Notes: generated by a model not told the origin, from the letters alone. Shown: positions 1-13,663, numbered from the stretch's first letter. The stretch: DNA of 64,000 bases from Burkholderiales bacterium (GCA_031380885.1 JANMXL010000064.1:5842-69841); one strand, 5' to 3'. Program-made: numbers and translations.

Positions 1-1
1 C

Positions 2-616
2 GATGCCGAGGAAGGTTCTGCGGGGGCAGCGGAGTTCTTCGACGCGACGCTGAAATTCAGCGTGCGCTCGCCGAATACCGCCGACTTCATCATCGCGACG
101 CCGTGGGAAAACCTGCACCTGATGCAAGCCAGCGCGGCGCTGGATGAACTGCATGGCAAGTTGGAGAGTCGCCACAAGATCTACAAGCTGCGCGACGCGC
201 TGGTGGAGTTGGCCGACGACTACGACTCGATTTGGATCGACACGCCGCCCGCGCTGAATTTCTACACCCGCTCGGCACTGATCGCGGCCGAGGGCTGCCT
301 GATCCCGTTCGATTGCGACGACTTTTCACGCCGCGCGCTGTACGGCCTGCTGGAAAGCGTCAAGGAGATCCAGGCCGATCACAACCCGGACCTGCTGATC
401 GAGGGCATCGTCGTCAACCAGTTCCAGCCCCGCGCCAGCCTGCCACAGCGCACGGTGCAGGAACTGATCGCCGAGGGCCTGCCCGTGCTCGAGCCCTACC
501 TGAGCGCCAGCGTGAAGATCAAGGAGTCGCACGAGCTGGCGCGCCCGATGATCCACCTCGACCCGCGCCACAAGCTGACGCAGGAGTTTGTGGCGCTGTA
601 CGACACGCTGGCCTGA
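2..616 (+). CDS. ParA/MinD-family P-loop ATPase, C-terminal part (5' end outside the window)
   Basis: Frame is open from the window edge (ORF track 62..616). Motifs 'IWIDTPPALNFYT' and 'IEGIVVNQF' are typical of ParA/Soj-like ATPases. Confidence 0.8.
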   Translation, partial: DAEEGSAGAAEFFDATLKFSVRSPNTADFIIATPWENLHLMQASAALDELHGKLESRHKIYKLRDALVELADDYDSIWIDTPPALNFYTRSALIAAEGCLIPFDCDDFSRRALYGLLESVKEIQADHNPDLLIEGIVVNQFQPRASLPQRTVQELIAEGLPVLEPYLSASVKIKESHELARPMIHLDPRHKLTQEFVALYDTLA

Positions 617-736
617 GGTCGCGTTCGCCTGTTTCTGAAAGGTCCGACAAGCAGGATTCGACAGGCCTGATGAGCACATGCGTTGCAAGGCCTGCGTGCT
701 ATCTTCATCGCCCAAGCCATAACAGGATCGACACCC

Positions 737-1519
737 ATGAGCTACGACATCGATCTCTCCGGCCGCGTCGCGCTGGTCACCGGCGCCTCCAGCGGCCTCG
801 GCACGCAATTCGCGAAAACCTTGGCCAAGGCCGGTGCGGCCGTGGTGCTGGCCGGGCGCAACATGGAGCGGCTGAAAACGCTGCGCGCCGAAATCGAAGG
901 CGATGGTGGCGACGCGCACGTTGTCGTGCTCGACCCGACCGAGGTGGCGAGCATCCGCTCGGCCGTGGCACATGCCGAAACCGAGATGGGCACGATCGAC
1001 ATCCTGGTCAACAACTCCGGCGTCAGCACCACGCAGAAGCTGACCGAGGTGACCGAGGACGACTACGACTTCGTGTTCGACATCAACACCCGCGGCAGCT
1101 TCTTTGTTGCGCAGGAAGTCGGCAAGCGGATGATCGCGCGGGCCAAGGGCGCCGCGCCCGGCACCTACACCGGCGGGCGCATCGTCAACATCGCGTCGAT
1201 GGCTGGGCTGAAGGTGCTGAGCAAGATCGGCGTCTACAGCATGAGCAAGGCGGCAGTGATCCACATGACCCGCGCCATGGCGCTCGAATGGGGCAAGCAC
1301 GGCATCAACGTCAACGCGATCTGCCCTGGCTACATCGACACCGACATGAACCACCACGAGTGGCTGACCGACGCCGGCAAGCGGCTGGTCGACACGCTGC
1401 CGCGCAAGCGCATCGGCCAGCCAAAGGATCTGGACGTGGTGCTGATGATGCTGTGCGCCAACGAAAGCCATTTCGTCAATGGCGCCGTGATCCAGGCGGA
1501 CGACGGCTATGCGCTCTGA
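737..1519 (+). CDS. SDR-family short-chain dehydrogenase/reductase
   Basis: Internal ATG of ORF 683..1519. Has the 'VTGASSGLG' Rossmann motif and 'YSMSKAA' catalytic YxxxK. Confidence 0.9.
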   Translation: MSYDIDLSGRVALVTGASSGLGTQFAKTLAKAGAAVVLAGRNMERLKTLRAEIEGDGGDAHVVVLDPTEVASIRSAVAHAETEMGTIDILVNNSGVSTTQKLTEVTEDDYDFVFDINTRGSFFVAQEVGKRMIARAKGAAPGTYTGGRIVNIASMAGLKVLSKIGVYSMSKAAVIHMTRAMALEWGKHGINVNAICPGYIDTDMNHHEWLTDAGKRLVDTLPRKRIGQPKDLDVVLMMLCANESHFVNGAVIQADDGYAL

Positions 1520-1629
1520 GCCGCGGCCGTGCAGACGTCTCCAAGCCCTGCGCCCGGCGACGGCACAATCCGGAACCGGTGTGGCCAATTGACCGGTGGA
1601 CACGACTCTGAGTCCTGGAGAGGAATGCA

Positions 1630-2361
1630 ATGAACAAGGTGTATCCGAGCGCTGACGCGGCGCTCAAGGGCGTCGTTGCCGACGGCCAGTTGCTGGCCGT
1701 GGGCGGCTTCGGTCTGTGCGGCATTCCCGAGGCGCTGATCGCGGCACTGCGCGACAGCGGTGTCAAGAACCTGACGGTAATCTCGAACAACGCGGGCGTC
1801 GACGGATTCGGTCTGGGCCAGTTGCTGGAAACCCGCCAGATCAAGAAGATGATTTCCAGCTACGTCGGCGAGAACAAGGAGTTCGAGCGCCAGTACCTGG
1901 CGGGCGAACTGGAACTCGACTTCACGCCGCAAGGCACGCTGGCCGAGAAGCTGCGTGCCGGTGGCGCCGGCATCCCCGCGTTTTTCACCAAGACCGGTGT
2001 CGGCACGTTGGTGGCCGAAGGCAAGGAAACCCGCGAGTTCGACGGCTCGGTCTACGTGATGGAACGCGCGCTGTGCCCCGAGGTCAGCCTGGTGAAGGCC
2101 TGGAAGGCCGATGAGAGCGGCAACCTGCTGTTTCGCCGCACCGCGCGCAACTTCAACCCGGCGGTGGCGATGGCCGGCCGCATCACCATCGCCGAGGTCG
2201 AGGAGATCGTGCCGACTGGCACCTTCGACCCGGATTCGGTGCACCTGCCCGGCATCTATGTGCACCGCCTGGTGCTCAACAAGAACCCCGAGAAGCGCAT
2301 CGAGAAGCGCACGCTGACTGAGAAATCGACAGAGAAACCGGCACAGAAAGCGGGAGCCTGA
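1630..2361 (+). CDS. scoA: 3-oxoacid CoA-transferase subunit A
   Basis: '[10 protein letters not shown]' motif with family-typical length. Subunit B follows 3 nt downstream. Confidence 0.9.
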   Translation: MNKVYPSADAALKGVVADGQLLAVGGFGLCGIPEALIAALRDSGVKNLTVISNNAGVDGFGLGQLLETRQIKKMISSYVGENKEFERQYLAGELELDFTPQGTLAEKLRAGGAGIPAFFTKTGVGTLVAEGKETREFDGSVYVMERALCPEVSLVKAWKADESGNLLFRRTARNFNPAVAMAGRITIAEVEEIVPTGTFDPDSVHLPGIYVHRLVLNKNPEKRIEKRTLTEKSTEKPAQKAGA

Positions 2362-2363
2362 CC

Positions 2364-3002
<639 letters not shown>

Positions 3003-3147
3003 ACCGGCTGGGAATGTCAGAAATTCTGTGGGTGAGGCGGTTTTCTGAATTGGCTGTTGTCGCAGATGGCGTTGGTGCGGACATGGGGCGCAGTCGATCA
3101 GAGGCTGTTCAACGGGGTCACTCCACGAACAGCATCACCACAGATTT

Positions 3148-3669
3148 TCAGAACGACGGCGACGGTGTGCCGTCGGTGCACACGCCCTGGCGGGTGCGCA
3201 CGTTGGTGATCATCGGCGGCTCGGTGACGCCTTCGGGCAGCGGGTCGGTGCTGAATGACTTGCGCGTTGAGATCGAGAAGTACTTGCCGTTGGTGCGGTT
3301 GATCACAACGCCGGTGGCGTTGGCGCCGGTGCCGTTGGTCTTCGGGCCCGGCGCATCCTTGTTGTCCGGGTTGAAATCGGTCGCCGCGCCAAAGCTCATT
3401 TCCTTGTTGTCGATGGAGATCGGCGTCAGCTTGCCGGTGCGGGCGTTGGCGACACCTTTCTTCTCCAGGTCGATGGTGTATTCGATGCGAAAGTCGCCCT
3501 TGCGCGGTGGGTCTAGCTCGGTGCCGTAGATGATCTCGACGGTTTCCACGCCGCTGCACACCAGGTGCACTTTCGGCAGTGGGGCTGCCGCTTGGACCGA
3601 TGGGTTCAGCGAGAGCGCCAGCAGTGCGACGCAAGCCAGGCGCGGAATGGATGTCTCGAATGCCTTCAT
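3148..3669 (-). CDS. hypothetical exported protein
   Basis: Start moved to 'MKAFETSIPRLACVALLALSLNPSVQAAAP', a signal peptide. No family recognised. Lies 26 nt downstream of ppnP. Confidence 0.6.
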   Translation of the reverse strand: MKAFETSIPRLACVALLALSLNPSVQAAAPLPKVHLVCSGVETVEIIYGTELDPPRKGDFRIEYTIDLEKKGVANARTGKLTPISIDNKEMSFGAATDFNPDNKDAPGPKTNGTGANATGVVINRTNGKYFSISTRKSFSTDPLPEGVTEPPMITNVRTRQGVCTDGTPSPSF

Positions 3670-3695
3670 GCCCTGTTCTCCTTGGTGAGGGGCGT

Positions 3696-4007
3696 TCAAC
3701 CGAAATGACAGATGTAGTGCAGTGCGTCGCTGACGTCGATGTCGAACGACGACTGACCGGGCACGCTGAACGACTGGCCACCGGCGCAGTCGACCCAGTC
3801 ATTGCTGCCTGCGAGCTTCACCCGGCAGGCTCCTGCCACCAGCTCCATCACCTCGGGCGCGTCGGTGTTGAAAGTCAGGCTCGACGGCAGGATCACGCCG
3901 ACGCTCTTCTTCGTGCCGTCGGGCAGCGTGAGGCTGTGCGACACGCATTTGCCATCGAAGTACACATTGGCGCGGGTGGCGATGGAGGCGGTGATCTGAT
4001 CGGTCAT
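3696..4007 (-). CDS. ppnP: pyrimidine/purine nucleoside phosphorylase PpnP (DUF1255/YaiE family)
   Basis: About 100 aa. '[12 protein letters not shown]...' and C-terminal 'YICHF' are typical of PpnP. Confidence 0.85.
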   Translation of the reverse strand: MTDQITASIATRANVYFDGKCVSHSLTLPDGTKKSVGVILPSSLTFNTDAPEVMELVAGACRVKLAGSNDWVDCAGGQSFSVPGQSSFDIDVSDALHYICHFG

Positions 4008-4067
4008 GGCGGGGCAGTCGAGAGGTGCGTGATGGGTGTTCAGGGATGAATGCGGGCCGAGCGCAAC

Positions 4068-5471
<1,404 letters not shown>

Positions 5472-7562
5472 TCAGCCGCTATTCTCGTCGCCGCCGAGCT
5501 GCCGCCACAGGTAGGCAAATTCCATCGCTTGCAAATGCGCGCGCTGGGTGTTGTCGGCCGCGCCGCCGTGACCACCCTCGGTGTTTTCGTAGTAAAGCAG
5601 CGCATGGCCCAGTTCCATCATGCGGGCTGCCATCTTGCGGGCGTGTGCCGGGTGCACGCGGTCGTCACGGGTCGAGGTGGTGAACAGCACGAGTGGGTAA
5701 AGAGCGTCGGGCTTCAGGTTCTGATACGGGCTGTAGCGCGCGATGTGCGCCCAGTCTTCCAGAACGTCGGGGTTGCCGTACTCGGCCATCCACGAGGCGC
5801 CGGCCAGCAGCGTGTGGTAGCGCCGCATGTCGAGCAGCGGCACTTGGCAGACCACGGCGTTGAACAGCTCGGGCCGCCGGGTGAACACCGCGCCGACCAG
5901 CAGCCCGCCGTTGCTGCCGCCCATGATGCCGAGGTGCTTCGGACTCGTGACGCGCCGGTCGATCAGGTCTTCGGCCACCGCGATGAAGTCGTCGTAGCTG
6001 CGCTGCTTGTTTGCTCCGATGGCGGCTTGGTGCCAGGCCGGCCCGAACTCGCCGCCACCGCGGATGTTGGCCACCACCAGCGCGCCGCCACGTTCGAACC
6101 AGGCGCGGCCGTAGCTGCCGGAATACCACGGGTTCAGCGACACCTCGAAGCCGCCGTAGCCGTAGAGCAGCGTCGGCGTGCCGCCTTCGGCCTGCGCGTC
6201 GCGCGGCCAGACGATGAAGTAGGGCACGCGGGTGCCATCAGCGGACGTTGCGAAGCGCTGCTCGGTGCGCAGGCGGGTGGCGTCGAACAGCGCAGGGCGT
6301 GCTTTCAGCGGTTCGAGTGCGGGTTCACCGATCGGTGGCTGAGTGTGACCGAGCAGCACCGAATCGGGGGTAAGGAAATCGGTGTAGCCCAACATGAATC
6401 GCTCGGCCAGAAGGTCGTCGGCCTGCACCGGGTCGCACAGGCTGCGCACGCCGAGCGTGCCGGGGTGGGGTGCCTCGATGGCCCGTGCCTCGAAGCCGCC
6501 CGGCGTGCGCCGCCACAGTTCGAGCCGGCTCGCCACGTTGTCGAGCAGGTTGACGATGAGGTGCGTGCGCGTCGTCGAAAACCCGGCCAGCGAGCGCGTG
6601 GCGGTGGGCTCGAACAGCAGCGTGAAGACGCGCTCGCCTGCGAGATAGGCCGTCGCATCGGCGGCCAGCAGCGAGCCGCTCCGGTAGGTCGAACCCGCCA
6701 CCGTCCAGTCGCTGCGCAGCTCGATCAGCAGCGTGTCGATCGCATCGCCCGCGTGGTTCCAGAAGCTGAACGAGGCGTCGCTCGGCAGGTCGAACGGGAT
6801 CAGCCGATCACCGTCCAGCAGCACGTGCTGCTGGTGATAGAAATCGAGCGAACGGCTGAAGATCGTGCGTTCGTGGCCGGGCGTCAGATCGACCGACACG
6901 CTGACCGACACGTCGGTCGCTTCGCCCTCGAACACCGTGACGGCCGACGCCAGCGGCGTGCCGCGCGTCCAGCGCTGGACGAGGCGCGGGTAGCCGGAGT
7001 CGGTCAGGCTGCCGGGGCCGACATCGGTCCCGACGTACAGCGTGTTCATATCGACCCAGGTCACCTGTGACTTGGCTTCGGGCAGCGTGAAGCCGCCTTC
7101 GACGAATTGCTTCGCGGCGGTGTCGAACTCGCGCGTCACCGTCGCGTCGGCGCCGCCACGCGACAGTGACACCAGGCAGCGGTGTGGCTCCGTGTCGAGT
7201 GCGTTCGCACTGGCCCAGACCCAGTTCTCGCCCTCGGCCGCGGCCAGCGCGTCGATGTCGAGCACCGTCTCCCACGCCGGGTTCGGCGTGCGGTACTCGG
7301 CCAGCGTCGTGCGGCGCCACAGACCGCGCGGGTGCGTGTCGTCACGCCACAGGTTGTAGAAGTGATCGCCGCGCCGCGACACCTGCGGGATGCGCTCCTG
7401 CGAGTTCAGCACGTCCAGCAACTGCAGACGGATCGGTGCGTATTCGGGTCGCGCGGTCAGCAGGCCTTCGCTCTCGGCGTTGCGTTCGCGCACCCAGGCC
7501 AGTGCGCGTTCGCCGAGCACGTCTTCCAGCCAGCGATAGGGGTCGTCTTCGGTCGGGAGCAT
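5472..7562 (-). CDS. prolyl oligopeptidase family (S9) serine peptidase
   Basis: 696 aa. Nucleophile motif 'GGSNGGLL' and N-terminal 'DPYRWLED'. Confidence 0.9.
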   Translation of the reverse strand: MLPTEDDPYRWLEDVLGERALAWVRERNAESEGLLTARPEYAPIRLQLLDVLNSQERIPQVSRRGDHFYNLWRDDTHPRGLWRRTTLAEYRTPNPAWETVLDIDALAAAEGENWVWASANALDTEPHRCLVSLSRGGADATVTREFDTAAKQFVEGGFTLPEAKSQVTWVDMNTLYVGTDVGPGSLTDSGYPRLVQRWTRGTPLASAVTVFEGEATDVSVSVSVDLTPGHERTIFSRSLDFYHQQHVLLDGDRLIPFDLPSDASFSFWNHAGDAIDTLLIELRSDWTVAGSTYRSGSLLAADATAYLAGERVFTLLFEPTATRSLAGFSTTRTHLIVNLLDNVASRLELWRRTPGGFEARAIEAPHPGTLGVRSLCDPVQADDLLAERFMLGYTDFLTPDSVLLGHTQPPIGEPALEPLKARPALFDATRLRTEQRFATSADGTRVPYFIVWPRDAQAEGGTPTLLYGYGGFEVSLNPWYSGSYGRAWFERGGALVVANIRGGGEFGPAWHQAAIGANKQRSYDDFIAVAEDLIDRRVTSPKHLGIMGGSNGGLLVGAVFTRRPELFNAVVCQVPLLDMRRYHTLLAGASWMAEYGNPDVLEDWAHIARYSPYQNLKPDALYPLVLFTTSTRDDRVHPAHARKMAARMMELGHALLYYENTEGGHGGAADNTQRAHLQAMEFAYLWRQLGGDENSG

Positions 7563-7589
7563 TCGAGGGGTGTCGGCGGGAGAGGTCGC

Positions 7590-7904
7590 TCAGGCGCGCA
7601 GATCGTCGGTGTCCGCATGCCGCTGCATGTAGACCCGCACATACGAGCACAGCGGGTTGACCTTCAGGCCGTGCTCGCGCGCATGCGCCAAAGCGAACCG
7701 CACCAGCGCGGCCGCAATGCCACGGCCTTCGAGCGCAGGCGGCACCTCGGTGTGATCGATGTGCATCACGCTGTCGATCAATCGGTAGTCGATGACGCAG
7801 CGCAGGCCATCGACTGTGCATTCAAAGCAGGACTGCGCGGCGTCGTGGTGGATCTCGAGGGCAGTGGCGCGAACGTGCGGGCGGGGTGGTTTCATCCGGT
7901 CCAT
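7590..7904 (-). CDS. GNAT-like N-acetyltransferase (YjdJ type)
   Basis: 'HTEVPPALEGRGIAAALV...PLCSYV' matches the small YjdJ-type acetyltransferase fold. Start is uncertain (7904 or 7895). Confidence 0.75.
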   Translation of the reverse strand: MDRMKPPRPHVRATALEIHHDAAQSCFECTVDGLRCVIDYRLIDSVMHIDHTEVPPALEGRGIAAALVRFALAHAREHGLKVNPLCSYVRVYMQRHADTDDLRA

Positions 7905-7923
7905 TCTGGCCCCGATCGGCGGG

Positions 7924-8475
7924 TCAGGGGTTGAGCCGCACCGGCCGCACCTCGACCGAGCGCTCGCCTTCGCCGATCCAGACCACACCGTCTTGAACCG
8001 TCACCTGCAGCTGCATGCTGCGTTGGGCGAGCGCGGCCAGCGCCTGGCTCTGCTCGGTCTCGATCTGCCACACCGCGACATTGCGAGTGCGGGTGATGCG
8101 CGTTTCCAGGCCTTTCCACCACACCGGCGTGCTGTGGCTGAAGCTGATCACCGTGACCCGATCCGCGCGCGGGGCGGACTTCAGGATGCGCCGCTCATCG
8201 GGCTGGCCCACATCGATCCAGTGCACGATCTGGCCGGTCAGGTCCTTCTGCCAGAGGTCGGGCTCGTCGGTGTCCCACAGGCTCTTGGCCAGCTCCAGCG
8301 TGCCGTTGCGCGGGTCGGCCGGTACGTTCAACGCATAGGCCAGCACGCGGATCATCATCCGCTCGTCGGTCTCCGACGGATGGCGCGCGATGGTGAGTGC
8401 ATGCTCGCCATAGACGTTGCGGTCCATGTCGCTCAACTGCAGGCTGGCTTTGTGGATGGTGGCCTTCAGTGCCAT
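7924..8475 (-). CDS. yaeQ: YaeQ family protein
   Basis: Internal start 'MALKATIHKASLQLSDMDRNVY...' is the characteristic YaeQ N-terminus. Confidence 0.85.
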   Translation of the reverse strand: MALKATIHKASLQLSDMDRNVYGEHALTIARHPSETDERMMIRVLAYALNVPADPRNGTLELAKSLWDTDEPDLWQKDLTGQIVHWIDVGQPDERRILKSAPRADRVTVISFSHSTPVWWKGLETRITRTRNVAVWQIETEQSQALAALAQRSMQLQVTVQDGVVWIGEGERSVEVRPVRLNP

Positions 8476-8510
8476 GGATGCGTCCTGGTTGGCGCGAAGG
8501 AATTCAGCGC

Positions 8511-8548
8511 AGCCCTCGATTGTCGAGCACGCACGACAATCGAGGGCT
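8511..8548. promoter_or_regulatory. perfect 15-bp inverted repeat (AGCCCTCGATTGTCG-N8-CGACAATCGAGGGCT) in a divergent intergenic region
   Basis: Read directly and cross-checked codon by codon against ORF 8417..8869. Lies between the yaeQ start (8475) and the 8582 ORF start. Confidence 0.4.
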
Positions 8549-8581
8549 CGCGAACCCTCGCAGCGCACAGAGCACGACACC

Positions 8582-8869
8582 ATGAGCATGAAGAAAACCG
8601 ATCTGGTCAAGCACCTGGCCAGGAAGATCGACGGGCAGATGAAGGGGGTCGCGGTGCCCGGCCGCTTCGGGCAGCCCGCAAGCGGGGCGGTCGACAAGCG
8701 CGAGCAGCGCCGGCTCGACGCACAGGCCGGCCTGCTGCCGTTCGCCTGCAAGCTGCCGGCCGAACTGGTGCGGCAGCTGCACGACCGCGCGGTGGGTCAT
8801 GATGGCGGGCTTAACGCGCTGATCGCACAACTGCTGGGCCAGTCCATGCAGGGTGACGCCACGAAGTAA
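8582..8869 (+). CDS. hypothetical small protein
   Basis: Internal ATG 'MSMKKTDLVKHLARK...' of ORF 8417..8869. Followed by a terminator. No family recognised. Confidence 0.5.
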   Translation: MSMKKTDLVKHLARKIDGQMKGVAVPGRFGQPASGAVDKREQRRLDAQAGLLPFACKLPAELVRQLHDRAVGHDGGLNALIAQLLGQSMQGDATK

Positions 8870-8883
8870 TTCGGCGCGGACAT

Positions 8884-8910
8884 AAAAAAACGCGGCCGAA
8901 GCCGCGTTTC
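8884..8910. terminator. bidirectional rho-independent terminator
   Basis: A7 run, then CGCGGC-cgaa-GCCGCG, then TTT. Lies between the convergent 8582 ORF and cspA. Confidence 0.6.
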
Positions 8911-8932
8911 GAAAGCTGATATCGCAGCGCTT

Positions 8933-9142
8933 TTACAGCACGCGAATGTTGGCAGCTTGCAGGCCCTTCTGGCCTTGCTTGACTTCGAATTCGACCTTCT
9001 GGTTTTCAACCAGGGTCTTGAAGCCGCTGCCGGTGATGTCACGGAAGTGGGCGAAGAGGTCAGCACCACCCGCGTCTTGAGCGATGAAGCCGTAGCCTTT
9101 GCTCTCGTTGAACCACTTCACGGTACCTGTTTGCGTCGTCAT
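8933..9142 (-). CDS. cspA: CspA-family cold-shock protein
   Basis: '[15 protein letters not shown]' RNP1 motif, 69 aa. Start moved to 'MTTQTG'. Confidence 0.9.
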   Translation of the reverse strand: MTTQTGTVKWFNESKGYGFIAQDAGGADLFAHFRDITGSGFKTLVENQKVEFEVKQGQKGLQAANIRVL

Positions 9143-9424
9143 GGACGGTTTCCTATCAAATAACAAAATGATGCGACTGCACATGCAACCGCATGCAGAG
9201 ACACTCAAGAGCAACTGGGGATTTCTTGCGATCCCGCTTCAGAACAGAAGCGGGTAGATGATCACTAGCAACCACGGTCTTGCGTATACCTGTCAAAGTA
9301 ATGTACCCCATCGTGAAGGCAGGCGCATGCGTGTTTTTGGCGGGGGTGCCTCGATGACACAAAATCACGCTCCCCTGATCCCGATCACCTGAACCACCCG
9401 AGGGTGGGTTGAGATTGATACCCG

Positions 9425-9682
9425 ATGGAATTGATCGATTTCGAATTGCGCGGTGAGCACATCACGCTGGACGCCTTGCTGAAGGCCACCGGCGTGTCGC
9501 AGAGCGGCGGTGCGGCGAAGGCGCTGGTGGCCGCTGGCGGCGTGCAGGTCGATGGCCGCGATGAGTTGCGCAAGACCTGCAAGATCAGGGCAGGCCAGGT
9601 GGTCGCGGTGGCCGGCTGCCGCATCAAGGTGGCCGCAGCGTCCGCGTCTGTTTCGGCTCCCGCACCGCAGGCGCTGCCGTGA
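9425..9682 (+). CDS. S4-domain RNA-binding protein (YbcJ-like)
   Basis: 'ITLDALLKATGVSQSGGAAKALVAAGGVQVDG...' is a typical YbcJ pattern. Confidence 0.8.
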   Translation: MELIDFELRGEHITLDALLKATGVSQSGGAAKALVAAGGVQVDGRDELRKTCKIRAGQVVAVAGCRIKVAAASASVSAPAPQALP

Positions 9683-10428
9683 CGTCGCCGTTGCCGCCAT
9701 CGATCACGGCCGACGCGTTGCCGCAGGCCTTGCGCACCGTCGGCCATGCGGTGCTGGCGCCCGACGCCTTGCGCACGTTGATCGATGTCGACGCGGTGCC
9801 GCTGACGGCGCTGGTACCCAGCTGGTCTGACCTGCCGCCCGACGCCTTCCTGCGTGACGGTGGCCGCTACCGGCGCCGTCGACATTCTTGCTTCATCGTC
9901 GATGGCGCGCGGGTGACGCAGGTGCCTCACCGGCCCCACTGGCAGCCGCTCGAATACAACGCGCTGCATGGCGGGCTCGAACGCATCTTCGAGCCGATGC
10001 GCGCTGACATCACAAATCAACCTGCGTGGGCAGCGCTGCTGCACGGTCTGGCGGCCGTGTGCTCGCAGATCAAGGGCGCGCAGCTGTGGTTCGTCGAGGC
10101 GCACCAGTTCCGCATCGACACCACCGACGGCATCGGCCGGCCGACGCCGGAAGGCGCGCACCGCGACGGTGTCGATTTCGTCGTCGTCGTGTTGGTTGAT
10201 CGCCGCGGCGTGAAAGGCGGCGAGACGCGGGTCTTCGACGCCGACGGGCCGACCGGCATCCGCTTCACGATGGGCGAGCCATGGACGCTGCTGATGCTCG
10301 ACGACGCGCGGGTGATCCACGAAACCACGCCGATCCAGCCACTGCACGCGAGCCACCTGGACGGCCACCGCGACACGCTGGTGCTGACCTTCCGGCGTGG
10401 CGGTTTCCAGGGCCCGGGCAGCGCCTGA
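9679..10428 (+). CDS. 2OG-Fe dioxygenase family protein
   Basis: 'GGRYRRRRHSCF' and 'HRDGVDFVVVVLVDRRGVKGGET' are typical of the family. GTGA start/stop overlap with the upstream gene. Confidence 0.8.
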   Translation: MTSPLPPSITADALPQALRTVGHAVLAPDALRTLIDVDAVPLTALVPSWSDLPPDAFLRDGGRYRRRRHSCFIVDGARVTQVPHRPHWQPLEYNALHGGLERIFEPMRADITNQPAWAALLHGLAAVCSQIKGAQLWFVEAHQFRIDTTDGIGRPTPEGAHRDGVDFVVVVLVDRRGVKGGETRVFDADGPTGIRFTMGEPWTLLMLDDARVIHETTPIQPLHASHLDGHRDTLVLTFRRGGFQGPGSA

Positions 10429-10493
10429 CACGGCAGCGGTGGCTGGCTCAGACCAGCCGGATACAGCCTCGGATTCTGGCGCGGTCGTGGCCC

Positions 10494-11165
10494 TCAGAAC
10501 GGCGCTGCGCTCACCAGCGTCAAGGCTTGCGATGTGACCGGATGCCGCAGTTCGAGTCGCGTTGCGTGCAGCATCAGCCTGTCGGCAGTGGGCATCTCGC
10601 CTTTCGCATACAGCGCGTCGCCCGCGATCCGATGCCCGATCGCCAGCAGGTGCACCCGCAGCTGGTGCGTGCGCCCGGTCAGCGGCTGCAAGGTGAGCCG
10701 TGTGGTGCGCGTGGCCGCATCGCGCTGCAGCACGCGATAGCGCGTCAGCGAGGGCTTGCCCTGCAGCCGATCGACCTTCTGCCGCGGGCGCTGCGGCCAG
10801 TCAGCGAGCAGCGGCAGATCGATCTCGCCCTCATCGTGCTCGACCAGGCCTTCGACCACGGCCTCGTAGTGCTTGACGACTTCGCGCGCCTCGAACATCG
10901 CACTCAGCACGCGTTGCATCGGGGCGCCGCGGGCGAACAGCAGAAGCCCCGACGTCGCCATGTCGAGCCGGTGCACGGTTTGTGCATCGTGGAATTGCGC
11001 CTGCACTCGCGTCGCGGCGCAGTCGGCCTTGTCGGCCCCGCGACCCGGCACCGACAGCAGGCCGGCGGGCTTCTCGATCGCGACCAGCGCGTCGTCGGCA
11101 TGGACGATCACCAGCGGCGACAACGAAGGGAAACTCGGGGCGGAGGACACCCGGTCATCATGCAT
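10494..11165 (-). CDS. RluA-family pseudouridine synthase
   Basis: Catalytic 'HRLDMATSGLLLFA' motif. Confidence 0.9.
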   Translation of the reverse strand: MHDDRVSSAPSFPSLSPLVIVHADDALVAIEKPAGLLSVPGRGADKADCAATRVQAQFHDAQTVHRLDMATSGLLLFARGAPMQRVLSAMFEAREVVKHYEAVVEGLVEHDEGEIDLPLLADWPQRPRQKVDRLQGKPSLTRYRVLQRDAATRTTRLTLQPLTGRTHQLRVHLLAIGHRIAGDALYAKGEMPTADRLMLHATRLELRHPVTSQALTLVSAAPF

Positions 11166-11182
11166 CGGCTACGCTTGTGCGG

Positions 11183-13066
<1,884 letters not shown>

Positions 13067-13101
13067 AACATGCGCCCACCACCGCAGCCAGACCTATCCT
13101 G

Positions 13102-13412
13102 ATGAAGATCGCCACCATCCACCCACCACTGGCCGTGAACATCAAGGACGAGTCGTTCTTCAAGCAGCTGGGCACCCGCATCGCCCTGGCTCGCAAGGAA
13201 CGCAACATCACGCAGGTGCAGCTGGCCGCCACGCTCGGCATCGCTCAGCAGCCGCAATGGCGCATTGCGAGGGCGGACGGCTGCGGCTACCGGCTTCGCT
13301 GCTGCCCGCGTTGGCGCAGGAGTTGCAATTTCCTGTTGAAGGCCTGCTCGGGCAGTCCAACATCGCCAAGACCCGCAGCAAGCGCGCTGAGAACCTCAGG
13401 AGTCCGCAATGA
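13102..13412 (+). pseudogene. XRE-family HTH regulator, frameshifted
   Basis: The N-terminal HTH half ('RKERNITQVQLAATLGIAQQ') is in one frame. The continuation ('..MAHCEGGRLRLPASLLPALAQELQFPVEGLLG..*') is in another frame, ending at 13412 with an ATGA overlap onto the antitoxin. The frames switch near 13250-13258. Confidence 0.6.
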
Positions 13413-13660
13413 CAGCTATCGAAGTTCAGTTGATCGAGCGGTTGAAGAAGCTGCCCCCCAACCGCGTGGCCGAGGTGGTGGATTTTGTGGAGTTCCTGGC
13501 CTCGCGCGAGGAACGCGCGGCAGCGGCGCAGCGGCTCACCGAAGGGCTGGCCAGGCTCGATGCACTGAAGCTGCCGACGATCTCAGAAGATGAGATCGAG
13601 GAAGAGATTCAGGCCAGTCGCAAGGACAGGCAGAAGCGGCGCAGCAAGCAAGGCGCCTGA
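13409..13660 (+). CDS. type II antitoxin (small, acidic C-terminus)
   Basis: 83 aa, 'LIERLKKLPPNRVAEVVDFVEFL'. Lies 3 nt upstream of the PIN gene. Confidence 0.7.
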   Translation: MTAIEVQLIERLKKLPPNRVAEVVDFVEFLASREERAAAAQRLTEGLARLDALKLPTISEDEIEEEIQASRKDRQKRRSKQGA

Positions 13661-13663
13661 TCG

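Noticed and set aside
232-1630. Long overlapping ORFs 232..1611(+) and 326..1630(-)
   Set aside because: They are out of frame or antisense to the ParA and SDR genes, which have clear motifs. The translations are Arg/Pro/Gly-rich shadow sequences.
13245-13260. Programmed ribosomal frameshift in the XRE gene
   Set aside because: I see no slippery X-XXY-YYZ heptamer and no downstream structure at the frame junction. A mutation or assembly error is more likely.
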